Source: Planctomycetota bacterium
Lineage (GTDB): Bacteria > Planctomycetota > GCA-002687715 > CAIWVZ01
Assembly (NCBI GenBank): GCA_044222185.1
Contig: JBGANV010000005.1
Location: 160,001 to 224,000 of the forward strand
Length of the DNA stretch: 64,000 nucleotides
Direction of reading: 5' to 3'
A program made the translations under genes and the position numbers. Shown one piece after another: positions 19,388-29,303 of this stretch (positions are counted from its first letter, which is position 1; every line of letters starts with the position of its first letter). The notes beneath the pieces were generated by a model. That model worked only from the letters and a program-made list of their open reading frames with translations. It ran no database searches and was not told the origin of the DNA.

Positions 19388-20641
19388 GTGACGACCCGAA
19401 CGAACGAACGTCGCCCGCTCTCCTGGCTGATCGACGCCGAACCCACGGCGAAGCGCGCCCTCGCTGCCGCGAGCCTGGGGTGGGCGCTGGACGCCTTCGA
19501 CGTCATGCTGTTCGCGCTCCTTCAGCCCGCCGTGATGAAGGAGTTCGGTGCCGACAAGGAGACGGCCGGCATCATCGGCTCCGTGACGCTCGTCGCCGCG
19601 GCCGTGGGCGGTGTGGGTTTCGGCGTGATCGCCGACCGCTACGGACGGACGCGCGCCCTCATGGCGAGCGTCCTCATCTACTCGGTCTTCACGGCGGCAT
19701 CGGGATTCGCGCGCTCGCCCGTCGAACTCGGCGTGTGCCGGTTCCTCCTCGGCCTCGGCATGGGTGGCGAGTGGGCAGCGGGAGCCGCGCTCGTCTCCGA
19801 GACGTGGCCCGATCGCCATCGCGGCAAGGCGCTGGCGCTGGTGCAAAGCTCGTGGTCGATCGGATACGGAGTCGCCGCGATCGTCGTGGCCGCTCTCCAG
19901 TCGCTCATCGGGTGGCGCGGCATCTTCTTCCTCGGCCTCGTGCCGGCCGCACTGACGTTGTGGGTACGCCACCGGGTCGAGGAACCGCGGATCTGGAGGG
20001 AGCGCGCATCGCGCATGACGGTTCGCCCGGACTCGGCCGCGCCCTCCGTGTCGTCTGCGGGGCTGATGCGCGTCACCCTCACGCTGACCTCCATGAACGC
20101 CTGCGCGTTGTTCGGGTTCTGGGCGCTCAGCAGCTGGATGCCGTCCTACCTGGAGCTTCCTCCCGCGCGCGGAGGCGTGGGGCTCGAGACGGGCGTCCGC
20201 ACGACGCTGATCGTCCTGACGCAGGTCATCGCCTGGGTGGGCTACGTCACGTTCGGCCTCGTCGCCGACCGGATCGGCCGTCGCAAGACGTACGTGATCT
20301 ATCTCGCCGGTGCGGCCGTCCTCGCTCCCGTCTATGGGCTCGTGGGAACGCCGATGTGGCTCTTCGCGCTCGGTCCGCTGCTTCTCTTCTTCGGTGCCGG
20401 TCACTTCAGCGGCTTCGGCGCAGTTACTGCCGAGTTGTATCCGACGGCCATGCGAGCGCGCGCACAAGGTCTCACCTACAACACGGGACGCCTGCTCTCG
20501 GCCGCGGCCCCGTGGATCGTGGGCAGCCTCGCCGACCGACACGGGTTCGCCGCCGCGTTCGCCGTCGCCGGCGCGGCCTACCTCGTCGCCGCGTTGGCCT
20601 GGGCCTTCCTCCCCGAGACGCGCGGCCGGACGCTGGCGTGA
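19388..20641 (+). CDS. MFS transporter (sialate/aromatic acid:H+ symporter-like)
   Basis: LGWALDAFD, GVIADRYGR, GLGMGGEW, ADRIGRR, ELYPT..RA, LPETRG; about 12 TM. Confidence 0.92.
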   Translation: MTTRTNERRPLSWLIDAEPTAKRALAAASLGWALDAFDVMLFALLQPAVMKEFGADKETAGIIGSVTLVAAAVGGVGFGVIADRYGRTRALMASVLIYSVFTAASGFARSPVELGVCRFLLGLGMGGEWAAGAALVSETWPDRHRGKALALVQSSWSIGYGVAAIVVAALQSLIGWRGIFFLGLVPAALTLWVRHRVEEPRIWRERASRMTVRPDSAAPSVSSAGLMRVTLTLTSMNACALFGFWALSSWMPSYLELPPARGGVGLETGVRTTLIVLTQVIAWVGYVTFGLVADRIGRRKTYVIYLAGAAVLAPVYGLVGTPMWLFALGPLLLFFGAGHFSGFGAVTAELYPTAMRARAQGLTYNTGRLLSAAAPWIVGSLADRHGFAAAFAVAGAAYLVAALAWAFLPETRGRTLA

Positions 20642-20752
20642 GGGCGGGGCGGAACCGAGGCGAGGAACCGTTCCCCGCCGCTCGATGTGTGGCACGGAGC
20701 TTCGTGCATCCGTTCGGGCCGCACGGGTTCCTGGCGATGACCGGAGAATGCG

Positions 20753-21385
20753 ATGTTCGAGAGATTCACGACGAACTATCCCAACGTCCATCGAGCGGGA
20801 ACGCCCGCACCGCCGGCTCGACTCGGTGACGTCGCGGGGTTCGATGCGTTCATGACGGAGTTCGCCGGCGCGACGTTCGAGCATGGGCTGTACCGCATCC
20901 ACGATCGCGACTCCGCCGGCGCCATGACACGAAGCGTGGTGGCGGCGTTCCCCGCACTCGAGCGACGCATCGCATCACTGTTCGCATACGACTGGCGCGG
21001 ATGTCAGTTGTTGCTTGACTCCGGGCGTATGGCGAACGGAGATCCTCTCGTCACGATCGTGGACGTCGGCGTCGGCGAAGCGTCGACCACGACGCTGACG
21101 TTCCACGCACTGCACGACTCAGCGGCGACCGAGCAGGCCGATCGGCTGTTCCTTCGGACGCTGTTTCAGACGTGGGCGGCACTGAACCCCACGAGCCTCC
21201 CGCTCGCACGCGATCTGTGCGTGGGGTACCGAGTCCCCCTTCAACTCGGGGGATCGGACACCATGAACGACTTCGAGGTCACGGACATCGACGTCTTCTG
21301 GTCGATCACTTCGCAGATCCGTGCCCGGCTCGAAAGCCTCCCTCCCGGTACGCCCATCCGGGGGATCAAGTTCCGTCGCGAATGA
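20753..21385 (+). CDS. DUF1851 / GAD-like (Tdi1-like) putative toxin immunity protein
   Basis: GATFEHGLYRIH, FAYDWRG, CVGYRVPLQLGG.D...D.DVFW pattern recalled for this family. Confidence 0.7.
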   Translation: MFERFTTNYPNVHRAGTPAPPARLGDVAGFDAFMTEFAGATFEHGLYRIHDRDSAGAMTRSVVAAFPALERRIASLFAYDWRGCQLLLDSGRMANGDPLVTIVDVGVGEASTTTLTFHALHDSAATEQADRLFLRTLFQTWAALNPTSLPLARDLCVGYRVPLQLGGSDTMNDFEVTDIDVFWSITSQIRARLESLPPGTPIRGIKFRRE

Positions 21386-21475
21386 CGACACCGGGACAGG
21401 TGCATCACTCGCCGAGTCCCGTTCACACGACCCCACGATCGACGGCGACTCCGGCCGAGAACCCCTCTCGCACTT

Positions 21476-24262
21476 CTACCGCCGCTTCTGCGCGCGGCGG
21501 CGGGCGCGATCGAGGGCGCTGCCGAGATCCGGCGTAGAGGAGGCCGCGGCAGGTGCGGAATTGGAATCGGCCGGCGAACTCGACGGAGGCTTCGAAGCCG
21601 CTGGTGGAGTCCACGGCTGATCATCCGGCGACGGCAACCGCGCGACCGTGAGGGGTTTGGGCGGCGCGACGGATCGCCGCAACCAGCGCCCCACCTTCGT
21701 ACCGAGCGCCGCGGGGATCCGAGGAAGCGAGAGCTGGAGCCTGCGAACGGCGATCTCGAGGACGAGGAGCGCCAGCGCCGCCCAGGCGCACCACGCGGAC
21801 AGGTCCGTGAGCCCCAGGCTCTCGCGGCTGCCCGAGAAGATCTCCGCGACGGGAGGCTGGACGCGGCCGCCACCGGCCTCGCAAACGCGCTTGAGCAGCT
21901 CCTCGCCCGCCGTCGGATCAGCGGCGGGCTCGTACTCGGGCGAGTACGGCAACGCGATGGGCGGAACGCGCACGAGCTGGTCCGGGCCTGCCTCGACGAT
22001 CGCGCGCCAGATGCCCTCCGAACCCAGCGGGATCCGCGCCTCGAGTGCGCTCTCGCCCACCCGCGTCAACACGACTTCGGAGACGGCCCCGGCTGGATCG
22101 GCGACGCGCGCCTTCACCCCTGCGAGGCGATGCTCGTTGCCGGGCGTGACCTCCACACGAAGAACGCCCTCGTGCCCTTGGCGCGTGAAGTCGGCGAAGA
22201 CGTCGTCGGTGGAGTCGCTGCCGCCGAGCCAGCGCACGATCGTCGCAAAGAAGTCGGCGTAACGAGGCCAATCCGAGAGCGCCCCGCTGAGCTCACCGTC
22301 GACCTCACCGAGGAACGCCGCCGCGCGTCCCAGCCCCGCCTGGTGAAACGCGAGGACCGGCGCCTTCAGATCGTCACGAGAGGTCACGCCGACCTGCGCC
22401 CGCGGCCTGGCGTAGGCGATCGAGTACCCGTTCAGATCGGGGAACGGCACGCCACCGAAATCTCCAAGCCCGGCCATCGCGGGAAGGAGGTCACAGGCGA
22501 CGACTTGATCGACGACGGCCGAGCGCGCCACCTGGATCGTCTCCTCGGCGAAGACACGTGGCAGCTCCGCGGCGTCGGCGGTGAAGAAGCAACGGCCACC
22601 GCCGTCGGCCGCGATCCGCTTCAAGAGTTCCGCGTCCTTGTCCTGTTCCGTGCCGAGGCCGATCACGGACACCGTGACGCCGCTCTCGTGCAGCTTGGGC
22701 ACGAACGTCTCGACGTCGTCCGGCTCCTCAGAGTCGGCCGCGTCGGCGAACAGCACGATGTGACGATTGCGCTGCGGCGCCGTCGCGAGCTGGTCGGCCG
22801 CGGCATGGATCCCCACGCCGACGTAGATTCCGCCACCCGTCGACTCGATCTTCAAGATGCGCGCGGTGAGGCTGGCCTTGTCCTCGACGGGCGTGCTCTC
22901 GATGACGACGTGCGGCTCCGTGTCCACCGCAAGCACCGAGACGCTGTCCTGCGGGCCGAGCACTTCCAACGCAGCCGCAGCGCCCTGGTCCGCCAGATCC
23001 ATCTTCGTGCCGCCGCCGTCCACGGGAGCGGCCATGGAACCGGACCGGTCCAGCACGATGGACATGGCGAGGGCGAACTTGCGCTGCTCCTGCCGGACCT
23101 CGAGCGACACCGGCAGGACCTTCTCCACGTCCGAGCGCCGGTACCCGCCCATCCCGAACGACGCGCGCCCGCCTGTCATCAGGAGGCCGCCGCCGAAGTC
23201 CTCGACCCAGGTCTTGAGGTTCCGCATGGCGCCCGGCGCAAGGCGGCGCGCGGGCACGTTCTCGAGGATCACGACACGGTACGGATCGAGTGACGGGCCA
23301 TCGAGGATCGCGCGATCGGGCGCGCTCGCGACGACGTCGAGCCCCGCTGCCCGCAAGGATCGCGTGAGACGGTCCTCGCGACCGTCCGGCGTGAGGCAGA
23401 GGATGCGCTGGCGACCCGCCACGCGGACCACCCCGAGCGCCCGGTTGTTTTCAGGCGTGCGGTCGTCGCGAAGGTCGACGTGAAGTTCGAAGCGATGGAT
23501 CCCGGGCTCGGACAAGCGCTCGCGGAAGACCAGGCGATTGGCGCCCGGATGCAACTGCCGCTTCGACGACGAGATCACCGCCCCATCACGCAGGACGTTC
23601 AACCCCACCTCGACGTCGCGGTCGCTGCGAATCCATCCAGACCACTGGAATGGCTCGTTCGCGGCAACTTCGCCCGGAAGCGCCACGTCTTCGACGGCCA
23701 CGTCGCCGGCAGCCGTCCGCATCAGCGGGAACGCGTCCACGCGAATCCCACGTCGTACGGCCTCGCGCGCCGCCGGAGCCGGATCACGGCCGGTGGAGAA
23801 GCCGTCACTCAAGAGCACGACCGAACCCTGTCGTCCCGGCGGGATCAACGCCGTCGCCGACTCGAGGGCTGCGGCGATGTTGCTCGCCTGGCGGTCGACC
23901 GGACGATCGAGCGCAAGCGATCCGAAGTCCTCGGAGGGAAGTCGCTCGACGACGGCATCGCGACCGAACGTCACGACCCCGATCCGATCGCCGGGCTCAC
24001 GCTGTCGGCGCGCATGCTCGGCGATCTCGCGGATCGTCGCGAGGTGCCGCTCGGGCACTGACAGCGAACGGTCGACGACGAGCACCACGTCTCGCCCGGC
24101 CTCGGTCCCCGGTCGGAACGGTCTCGCGATCACGGCGAGCACGGCCAGGAGCAGGAGGATCCGCAACGCCCAGACGAGGGGCCTCCGCGCGAGCCGCCCG
24201 CGCAGGGCCACGACGATGGGAACCGCGAGGAGGAAAGCCTCGGGGCGCTCGAAGCCGATCAC
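21476..24262 (-). CDS. VWA domain membrane protein with glutamine-amidotransferase-like domain
   Basis: Two MIDAS motifs (VVDRSLSV, VLDRSGSM), LLSDG, GGGLLMTGG..SF..GGY; N- and C-terminal TM. Confidence 0.88.
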   Translation of the reverse strand: MIGFERPEAFLLAVPIVVALRGRLARRPLVWALRILLLLAVLAVIARPFRPGTEAGRDVVLVVDRSLSVPERHLATIREIAEHARRQREPGDRIGVVTFGRDAVVERLPSEDFGSLALDRPVDRQASNIAAALESATALIPPGRQGSVVLLSDGFSTGRDPAPAAREAVRRGIRVDAFPLMRTAAGDVAVEDVALPGEVAANEPFQWSGWIRSDRDVEVGLNVLRDGAVISSSKRQLHPGANRLVFRERLSEPGIHRFELHVDLRDDRTPENNRALGVVRVAGRQRILCLTPDGREDRLTRSLRAAGLDVVASAPDRAILDGPSLDPYRVVILENVPARRLAPGAMRNLKTWVEDFGGGLLMTGGRASFGMGGYRRSDVEKVLPVSLEVRQEQRKFALAMSIVLDRSGSMAAPVDGGGTKMDLADQGAAAALEVLGPQDSVSVLAVDTEPHVVIESTPVEDKASLTARILKIESTGGGIYVGVGIHAAADQLATAPQRNRHIVLFADAADSEEPDDVETFVPKLHESGVTVSVIGLGTEQDKDAELLKRIAADGGGRCFFTADAAELPRVFAEETIQVARSAVVDQVVACDLLPAMAGLGDFGGVPFPDLNGYSIAYARPRAQVGVTSRDDLKAPVLAFHQAGLGRAAAFLGEVDGELSGALSDWPRYADFFATIVRWLGGSDSTDDVFADFTRQGHEGVLRVEVTPGNEHRLAGVKARVADPAGAVSEVVLTRVGESALEARIPLGSEGIWRAIVEAGPDQLVRVPPIALPYSPEYEPAADPTAGEELLKRVCEAGGGRVQPPVAEIFSGSRESLGLTDLSAWCAWAALALLVLEIAVRRLQLSLPRIPAALGTKVGRWLRRSVAPPKPLTVARLPSPDDQPWTPPAASKPPSSSPADSNSAPAAASSTPDLGSALDRARRRAQKRR

Positions 24263-26028
24263 CACGTGCCCGCTCCCTTCCGCAATACCCACCAATCGAG
24301 ACCGAGGAAGAGGAGCGCGAGCAGCGCCAGGACCCGGCTCTCGAGGCGTCCGGCCTCGGCGCCCTCGTTCGCATGGTCGATGGATTCCGCCGGGCGATGC
24401 CGCGTCGCGGCCGTGGTCAGGTCGGACTCGACGGGATCCTCGAAGAACACCGAGGCCCGCGCGAGCTCCCGGCCATCGAGGCGGATCGAATGCAAGCCGG
24501 CCCGGCGCGGAGCGAATCCAACCTCGCGGCCACCGACGCCCGAAAGCGTCCCGCCCCCCGGTTCGATCAGCTCCCACTTCCCTCCCGCGACGCTCTCCCG
24601 TGGGCGCCAGACGATCTCGTCGCCGAGCCGCACGTTCGCGGCGATCATGCCGGGGAGTCGCGCCCGAGCCCGCTCGACCACGTTCGAGACGAGGATCGGC
24701 CAGTCCGGTGCCAGCGCGAGGTTCCCGCGCTCGGGGTCCAAGTTGAGCCAAAGGCGCGAGGCATCGCCCACGCGCTCTTCGGAGGCGAGGACGTCGTCTC
24801 CCGCCGCAAGGATCACGATGCCCGGCGGCGCGAGTTCGCCTGCGACCCAGACGACGCCCTGCAGCGTCAGTCCCACGAGGAATCCGTTCCGGTGATCGAG
24901 CAGGTACGGACCGACCCAGGCGTTCTCCTTTTCACCGCGCCGGCCGATGACGATCTCCTGGCGTGTCCCGCGCAGCGCTCCAGGGCCGGGCGCGAACACC
25001 ACGTCGGCGTCGCTCACGGAGGTGACGAGCCGCGCGTCCTCGATCGCACCGACGACCCGGTCGATTCTCAAGGCCGTGGCCCAGGCCTCCTTCAGAAGCG
25101 ACGCGACGCGAACGACGCGGGGCGGTTCGGGGAGCACGAGCCGTTCGTCATCGATCGCGAGAGCATCCGGCGACAACTTCAGCCGGACGGCGCCGGTCGC
25201 CGGTGGGAGCGGAATCTGCGTACGAGTGGCTGTGCCGCCCGAGAGCGTGAGCGACGTGGTGGAGAGCGGTTGGGGCGGATCCGACTCCGTCGACGCCACG
25301 AGCTTCGTCTGGATCGGCGCTCGCCCGAACCCGCGAACGTCGACGACGAGGACGTCGTGCCCGCTCTCGCGCACGCGGCGCACGCCGCTGATGGCCGCAT
25401 TCGGCGAGACTTCACCGACCATCCGGACCTCCCAACGCGGGGGAGCGGTGGCGGCCCCGTCATCCGTCACGTACGTGAGCCGATCCCCTGGCGCCGAGAG
25501 CTGCATTGCGAGCGCGAGCGCGGGCTCGGGATCGTGATGTCGCTGGGACGGCGTCCACGCATTCAACGCGCTGCTCGCCGAGGCCATCGGCGCCTGTGGT
25601 CCGAGGATCACTGCGGGCCGAGGCCCCGTCGTGATGAGCGTGACGCGCGCGTTCCGCCCGAGTTCTCCGGCGATGCGTTCCACGTCGGCACGCGCGCGAT
25701 CGACGGCGCGATCGTGTGCGCCCACGGCCTGCATCGATGCCGAGTCGTCGAGCACGACGACCAGATGTTCGACCGTCTCGCGCGGCCCGATCACGGGACG
25801 CGAGAGCCACAGCACGAGGAACGTCGCAGCGAGGAGCTCGAACACCAGCGACGCCGTCGTGACGAGCTTCGTGAACGTCCGCCCGCCATAGGTGGTCTGG
25901 GGCACTCGCGGGAAGAGGAACAATCCCGCCACTCGCCGCTCCACCAGCCGCCGCCGGAACATGTGGAGAAATGCGATGAGCGGCAACGCCGCCAGCCCGC
26001 ACAGCGCCCAGGGAGCGAGGAACGTCAC
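24259..26028 (-). CDS. BatA-like N-terminal double-TM + VWA domain protein
   Basis: MTFLAPWAL...PLIAFLH (BatA-type), LSRP, VLDDSASM MIDAS, C-terminal TM ...LDWW. Confidence 0.88.
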   Translation of the reverse strand: MTFLAPWALCGLAALPLIAFLHMFRRRLVERRVAGLFLFPRVPQTTYGGRTFTKLVTTASLVFELLAATFLVLWLSRPVIGPRETVEHLVVVLDDSASMQAVGAHDRAVDRARADVERIAGELGRNARVTLITTGPRPAVILGPQAPMASASSALNAWTPSQRHHDPEPALALAMQLSAPGDRLTYVTDDGAATAPPRWEVRMVGEVSPNAAISGVRRVRESGHDVLVVDVRGFGRAPIQTKLVASTESDPPQPLSTTSLTLSGGTATRTQIPLPPATGAVRLKLSPDALAIDDERLVLPEPPRVVRVASLLKEAWATALRIDRVVGAIEDARLVTSVSDADVVFAPGPGALRGTRQEIVIGRRGEKENAWVGPYLLDHRNGFLVGLTLQGVVWVAGELAPPGIVILAAGDDVLASEERVGDASRLWLNLDPERGNLALAPDWPILVSNVVERARARLPGMIAANVRLGDEIVWRPRESVAGGKWELIEPGGGTLSGVGGREVGFAPRRAGLHSIRLDGRELARASVFFEDPVESDLTTAATRHRPAESIDHANEGAEAGRLESRVLALLALLFLGLDWWVLRKGAGTW

Positions 26029-26861
26029 CAGCCCACCTCCCACATCCCCGCGGGAACGAGGCCGTCGCGCATCAGCGACTCCGGCGGGGCGGCGAGCACG
26101 CGTGCGAATCGGGCGCCGGCCCCGCGCGCGGCCGAGGCGACCGCTTCCGTGAGGCGGCCGAGTTTCTCCCGGTAGTCGTCGAGGGCTTCGCGCGTCGGCG
26201 CCAGCTCGGCGCGGGCTTCGGTCTCGCAGTCGATGAGGGTCGTCGGCCCGTCGAACGACGGGTTGGCCTCCCACGGGTCGAGAAGCTGGATCACGTCCAG
26301 TTGCGCCGCCGTCGATGCGAGCCGGCGAAGCATGCCGGCGGGATCGACGGGATAGAGGAAGTCCGAGATCACGACCCGAACGCTCCGCGGCCGCAGGGGC
26401 ACCTCGGGGAGAAGTTCGAACTGCGCATCCGCCGCGGACTCGTGCGGATCTGGTGCGTCGAACGGCACGGTTTCGGGGTCGTCGAAGATCGGCCCGCCGC
26501 AACGGTGGATCCGGACACGCCCGCCGTCACGACGGGCACAGAAGGCGTAGGCCCATACGAGATCGCGGAGGGCGCGAGCCTTCGCATCCGTGACGGCCAT
26601 CGAGGCCGTCAGATCTGCGAGGATCTCGACGGTCGGAGACACTTCCTCCCGGTAGAGCCGGACCTTCACCTGATCCGTTCGTGCGTAGGACCGCCAATCG
26701 ACGTGTCGCGGATCGTCCCCGGGCACGTAGTCGCGGTAGTCGACGAAGTCCATGGAGGACCCCAATCCCGCGCCCGGATCGGCGCCCGCGCGGCCCTGGA
26801 ACGTGCGCCGCGCCGGGCTCGGCCGGTAGCGCGCACAGACTTCAAGAAGCTCGGGCCTCAC
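26025..26861 (-). CDS. DUF58 domain protein (MoxR-associated)
   Basis: GSSMDFVDYRDYVPGDDPRHVDW, DLTASM, VISDFL. Confidence 0.92.
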   Translation of the reverse strand: MRPELLEVCARYRPSPARRTFQGRAGADPGAGLGSSMDFVDYRDYVPGDDPRHVDWRSYARTDQVKVRLYREEVSPTVEILADLTASMAVTDAKARALRDLVWAYAFCARRDGGRVRIHRCGGPIFDDPETVPFDAPDPHESAADAQFELLPEVPLRPRSVRVVISDFLYPVDPAGMLRRLASTAAQLDVIQLLDPWEANPSFDGPTTLIDCETEARAELAPTREALDDYREKLGRLTEAVASAARGAGARFARVLAAPPESLMRDGLVPAGMWEVGW

Positions 26862-28368
26862 GCTCTCTCCGCGCCGCGGATGCGAACAACGTCTCGCGGA
26901 CGCTTCGCACGGCCGGCAACAGGCTGAGGACGACGAACAGCCCCGCGATCGCCGACATCAGGATGCAGGCGTCGTCGCTCCCCGATCGGAGGTTCGCAAT
27001 GGTCCAGAACGGATTCAGCACCTGGGCATGGGTCCATCCGGAGTGCCGGTCGATGACGAGCAACTGCACGAGGAGCGGGCCGACCCACAAGACGACGACG
27101 GTGACCAGCCAGACGATCCGCGCCAGCCAGCACCGGCCCATTCCCGGGGCGAAGAAGCGGCGAATCGTGAACGCGAGGCAGGTGTAGAACGCCACGTAGA
27201 GCGGGACGAGCCGAACGATGTCGACGATCTCCGTCGAAAAGGGCGGTCGCAATCCAAGCACGCCTGGAAGGATCTCTGCAACACACCACGCCGTCGCGAG
27301 ACAGAGAACGGAGTAGATCAGCCCGCGCCCTCTCCCCGGCAGGAGCGGTAACGCGAGGAGTGCGAGCACGGGGTTCTTCGGCACGTTCAGGCGGTGACGC
27401 GACGTGAAGGCTTCGTCCTCGGTGACCGCGAAGACGAAGAACAAACTCCCGAACCCCACGGCGATCGTCGGGGCGCCCATGAGTGCTTCGCGAAGTGCCG
27501 ACGGTGGCGCGATGTAGGCGGCCCAGAGCACGGCCGCTGCGGCCGCCGCCACGAAGTAGACCCGGAACCCGGTCGAGCGGTTCTCATGGGGATGCGTCAA
27601 CTGACTCTGCGCGATCAGCGCGAGCAGGACCGTGGCCGCCGCGAGCAGGAGGACCAGCGATCCCAGGAACTCCGTCGCGCCGCCGGCGCCGATGCCGCCG
27701 CGAATCTCGTACATCACGACGGTCGTGAAGGCGACCATGGGGATCGTCGCGGCGCCGAGCGCGATACCCACGATGCCGTTGACGATGCCGCCGACGGCGC
27801 CGCTCTTCGCGAGGGTCCCGAGCGCCACGCCCAGCGACGTCGCAGCCACGTTGAAGACGAGCGCCATGCCGATCGCCGTCAAGACGTCGGGGATCGAGAC
27901 GCCGCGGAGGAGATAGGTCATCGCGATGACGGGGGCGAAGACCGAGACCCAGAGCAGCGCCTGGGTGAAGGCCGCGAGCATGCGCCCGCGCACGATGGCG
28001 GCGGGCGTGAGGCCCGAGAGGAGCAACAGCTCGGCCGTGCCGCCCCGCATCTCCATGCGCGTGGCGTAGAACGCCTGCGACGGAACGATGAAAGTGAGCA
28101 GCGGGGTGAGCACGCCCATGGCCGCGCGGAATCCGCTTCGGCCCACGTTGCCGCCGTTGCGCAGCGTCCATGCGGACACCGCGGCGATCCCGAACACGGC
28201 CAGAAGGACGAGGACGAGAACGCCCAGGAACGACTTGCCGTTCAGGGACTGGATCACGTCACGGATGAGGATCGCGTTGAGCCGGTCGGAGAAGTGATGG
28301 TCTCGCCCGCCTGTCGGAGCGCCCGCGCCCTGCTCCGCGGGTGGCGTGATCGTGACGCTGGCGCTCAT
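26842..28368 (-). CDS. ABC-2-type permease-like polytopic membrane protein
   Basis: NAILIRD, EMRGGTAELLLLSGLTPAAIVRG motif; more than 10 TM; follows the ABC ATPase. Confidence 0.8.
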   Translation of the reverse strand: MSASVTITPPAEQGAGAPTGGRDHHFSDRLNAILIRDVIQSLNGKSFLGVLVLVLLAVFGIAAVSAWTLRNGGNVGRSGFRAAMGVLTPLLTFIVPSQAFYATRMEMRGGTAELLLLSGLTPAAIVRGRMLAAFTQALLWVSVFAPVIAMTYLLRGVSIPDVLTAIGMALVFNVAATSLGVALGTLAKSGAVGGIVNGIVGIALGAATIPMVAFTTVVMYEIRGGIGAGGATEFLGSLVLLLAAATVLLALIAQSQLTHPHENRSTGFRVYFVAAAAAAVLWAAYIAPPSALREALMGAPTIAVGFGSLFFVFAVTEDEAFTSRHRLNVPKNPVLALLALPLLPGRGRGLIYSVLCLATAWCVAEILPGVLGLRPPFSTEIVDIVRLVPLYVAFYTCLAFTIRRFFAPGMGRCWLARIVWLVTVVVLWVGPLLVQLLVIDRHSGWTHAQVLNPFWTIANLRSGSDDACILMSAIAGLFVVLSLLPAVRSVRETLFASAARREREARAS

Positions 28369-29303
28369 TGCAGATTCCCCTGGGTCGCCTTCATGAAGAT
28401 CTCCTCGAGGCCGGCTTCGAGCAGGCGGAATTCGATCAGGCCGAGCCCGGCGGCGCACGCCCGCGTCATGGTCTCCGAGAGCGCGATCTCGTCGGCGCCG
28501 AAGCGGAAGTCGATCACGAGGTCCTGGCGGATCACGTCTTCGACCCCCGGTTGAACGAGGAAGAACTGCTCGGCGACGTCGGCCTCGCGCACCACCCGCA
28601 CGCGAACCTTCATGGCGCCGTGGATCTGACGGCCGATGTCGCGGATGTCGCCGGCGACGACACGCCGGCCGCGCTCGATGACGACGACCCCGTCACACAT
28701 CTCGGCCAACTCCGAGAGGATGTGGGACGAGATCAGGATCGACTTGCCGCGCGAGGCGAGTTCCCGAACGAGTTCGCGGAAATCGATGCGGGCACGCGGA
28801 TCGAGCCCGGCGGTGGGCTCATCGAGGATCAGCACGGCCGGATCGTGGAGCAGCGTCTTTGCGAGGTGCAGGCGCTGTCCCATGCCCTTCGAGAGCCCGG
28901 TCGACGGTCGATCGAAGAACGTCTCGAGCCCGCAGAACCCCGCGAGCGAATTCACGGTCTCCACGCGGGTGCGGCCCGAAAGCCCGTACGCCCGGGCGAA
29001 GAAGTCGAGGAACTCTCGCACGTTCAGGTTGTTGTAGGCGACGAACTGGTCCGCCATGAAACCGATGCGGCGACGCACCTGGCGGGGCTCTTCCAGTACG
29101 GAGCGGCCCTCGACGAACACGTCTCCCACGTCCGGAACGTCGAGCGTCGAGATGATCCTCATGGTCGTCGTCTTGCCGGACCCGTTCGGACCGACGAAGC
29201 CCCAGACCTGCCCGCGCTGCAGCTCGAAGCTCAGCGAATCGACGGCGCGCAACGCGCCGAACCACCGCGTCACGCCGCGGACGTCGAGTACGGCATCACT
29301 CAC
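28365..29303 (-). CDS. ABC transporter ATP-binding protein
   Basis: GPNGSGKTT, LSKGM, LILDEPTAGLDP, ISSH. Confidence 0.95.
   Translation of the reverse strand: MSDAVLDVRGVTRWFGALRAVDSLSFELQRGQVWGFVGPNGSGKTTTMRIISTLDVPDVGDVFVEGRSVLEEPRQVRRRIGFMADQFVAYNNLNVREFLDFFARAYGLSGRTRVETVNSLAGFCGLETFFDRPSTGLSKGMGQRLHLAKTLLHDPAVLILDEPTAGLDPRARIDFRELVRELASRGKSILISSHILSELAEMCDGVVVIERGRRVVAGDIRDIGRQIHGAMKVRVRVVREADVAEQFFLVQPGVEDVIRQDLVIDFRFGADEIALSETMTRACAAGLGLIEFRLLEAGLEEIFMKATQGNLQ

Noticed and set aside
20690-20704. Sigma-54 site before the DUF1851 gene (TGGCACGGAGCTTCG)
   Set aside because: Perfect -24 box, but the -12 position reads CG rather than GC
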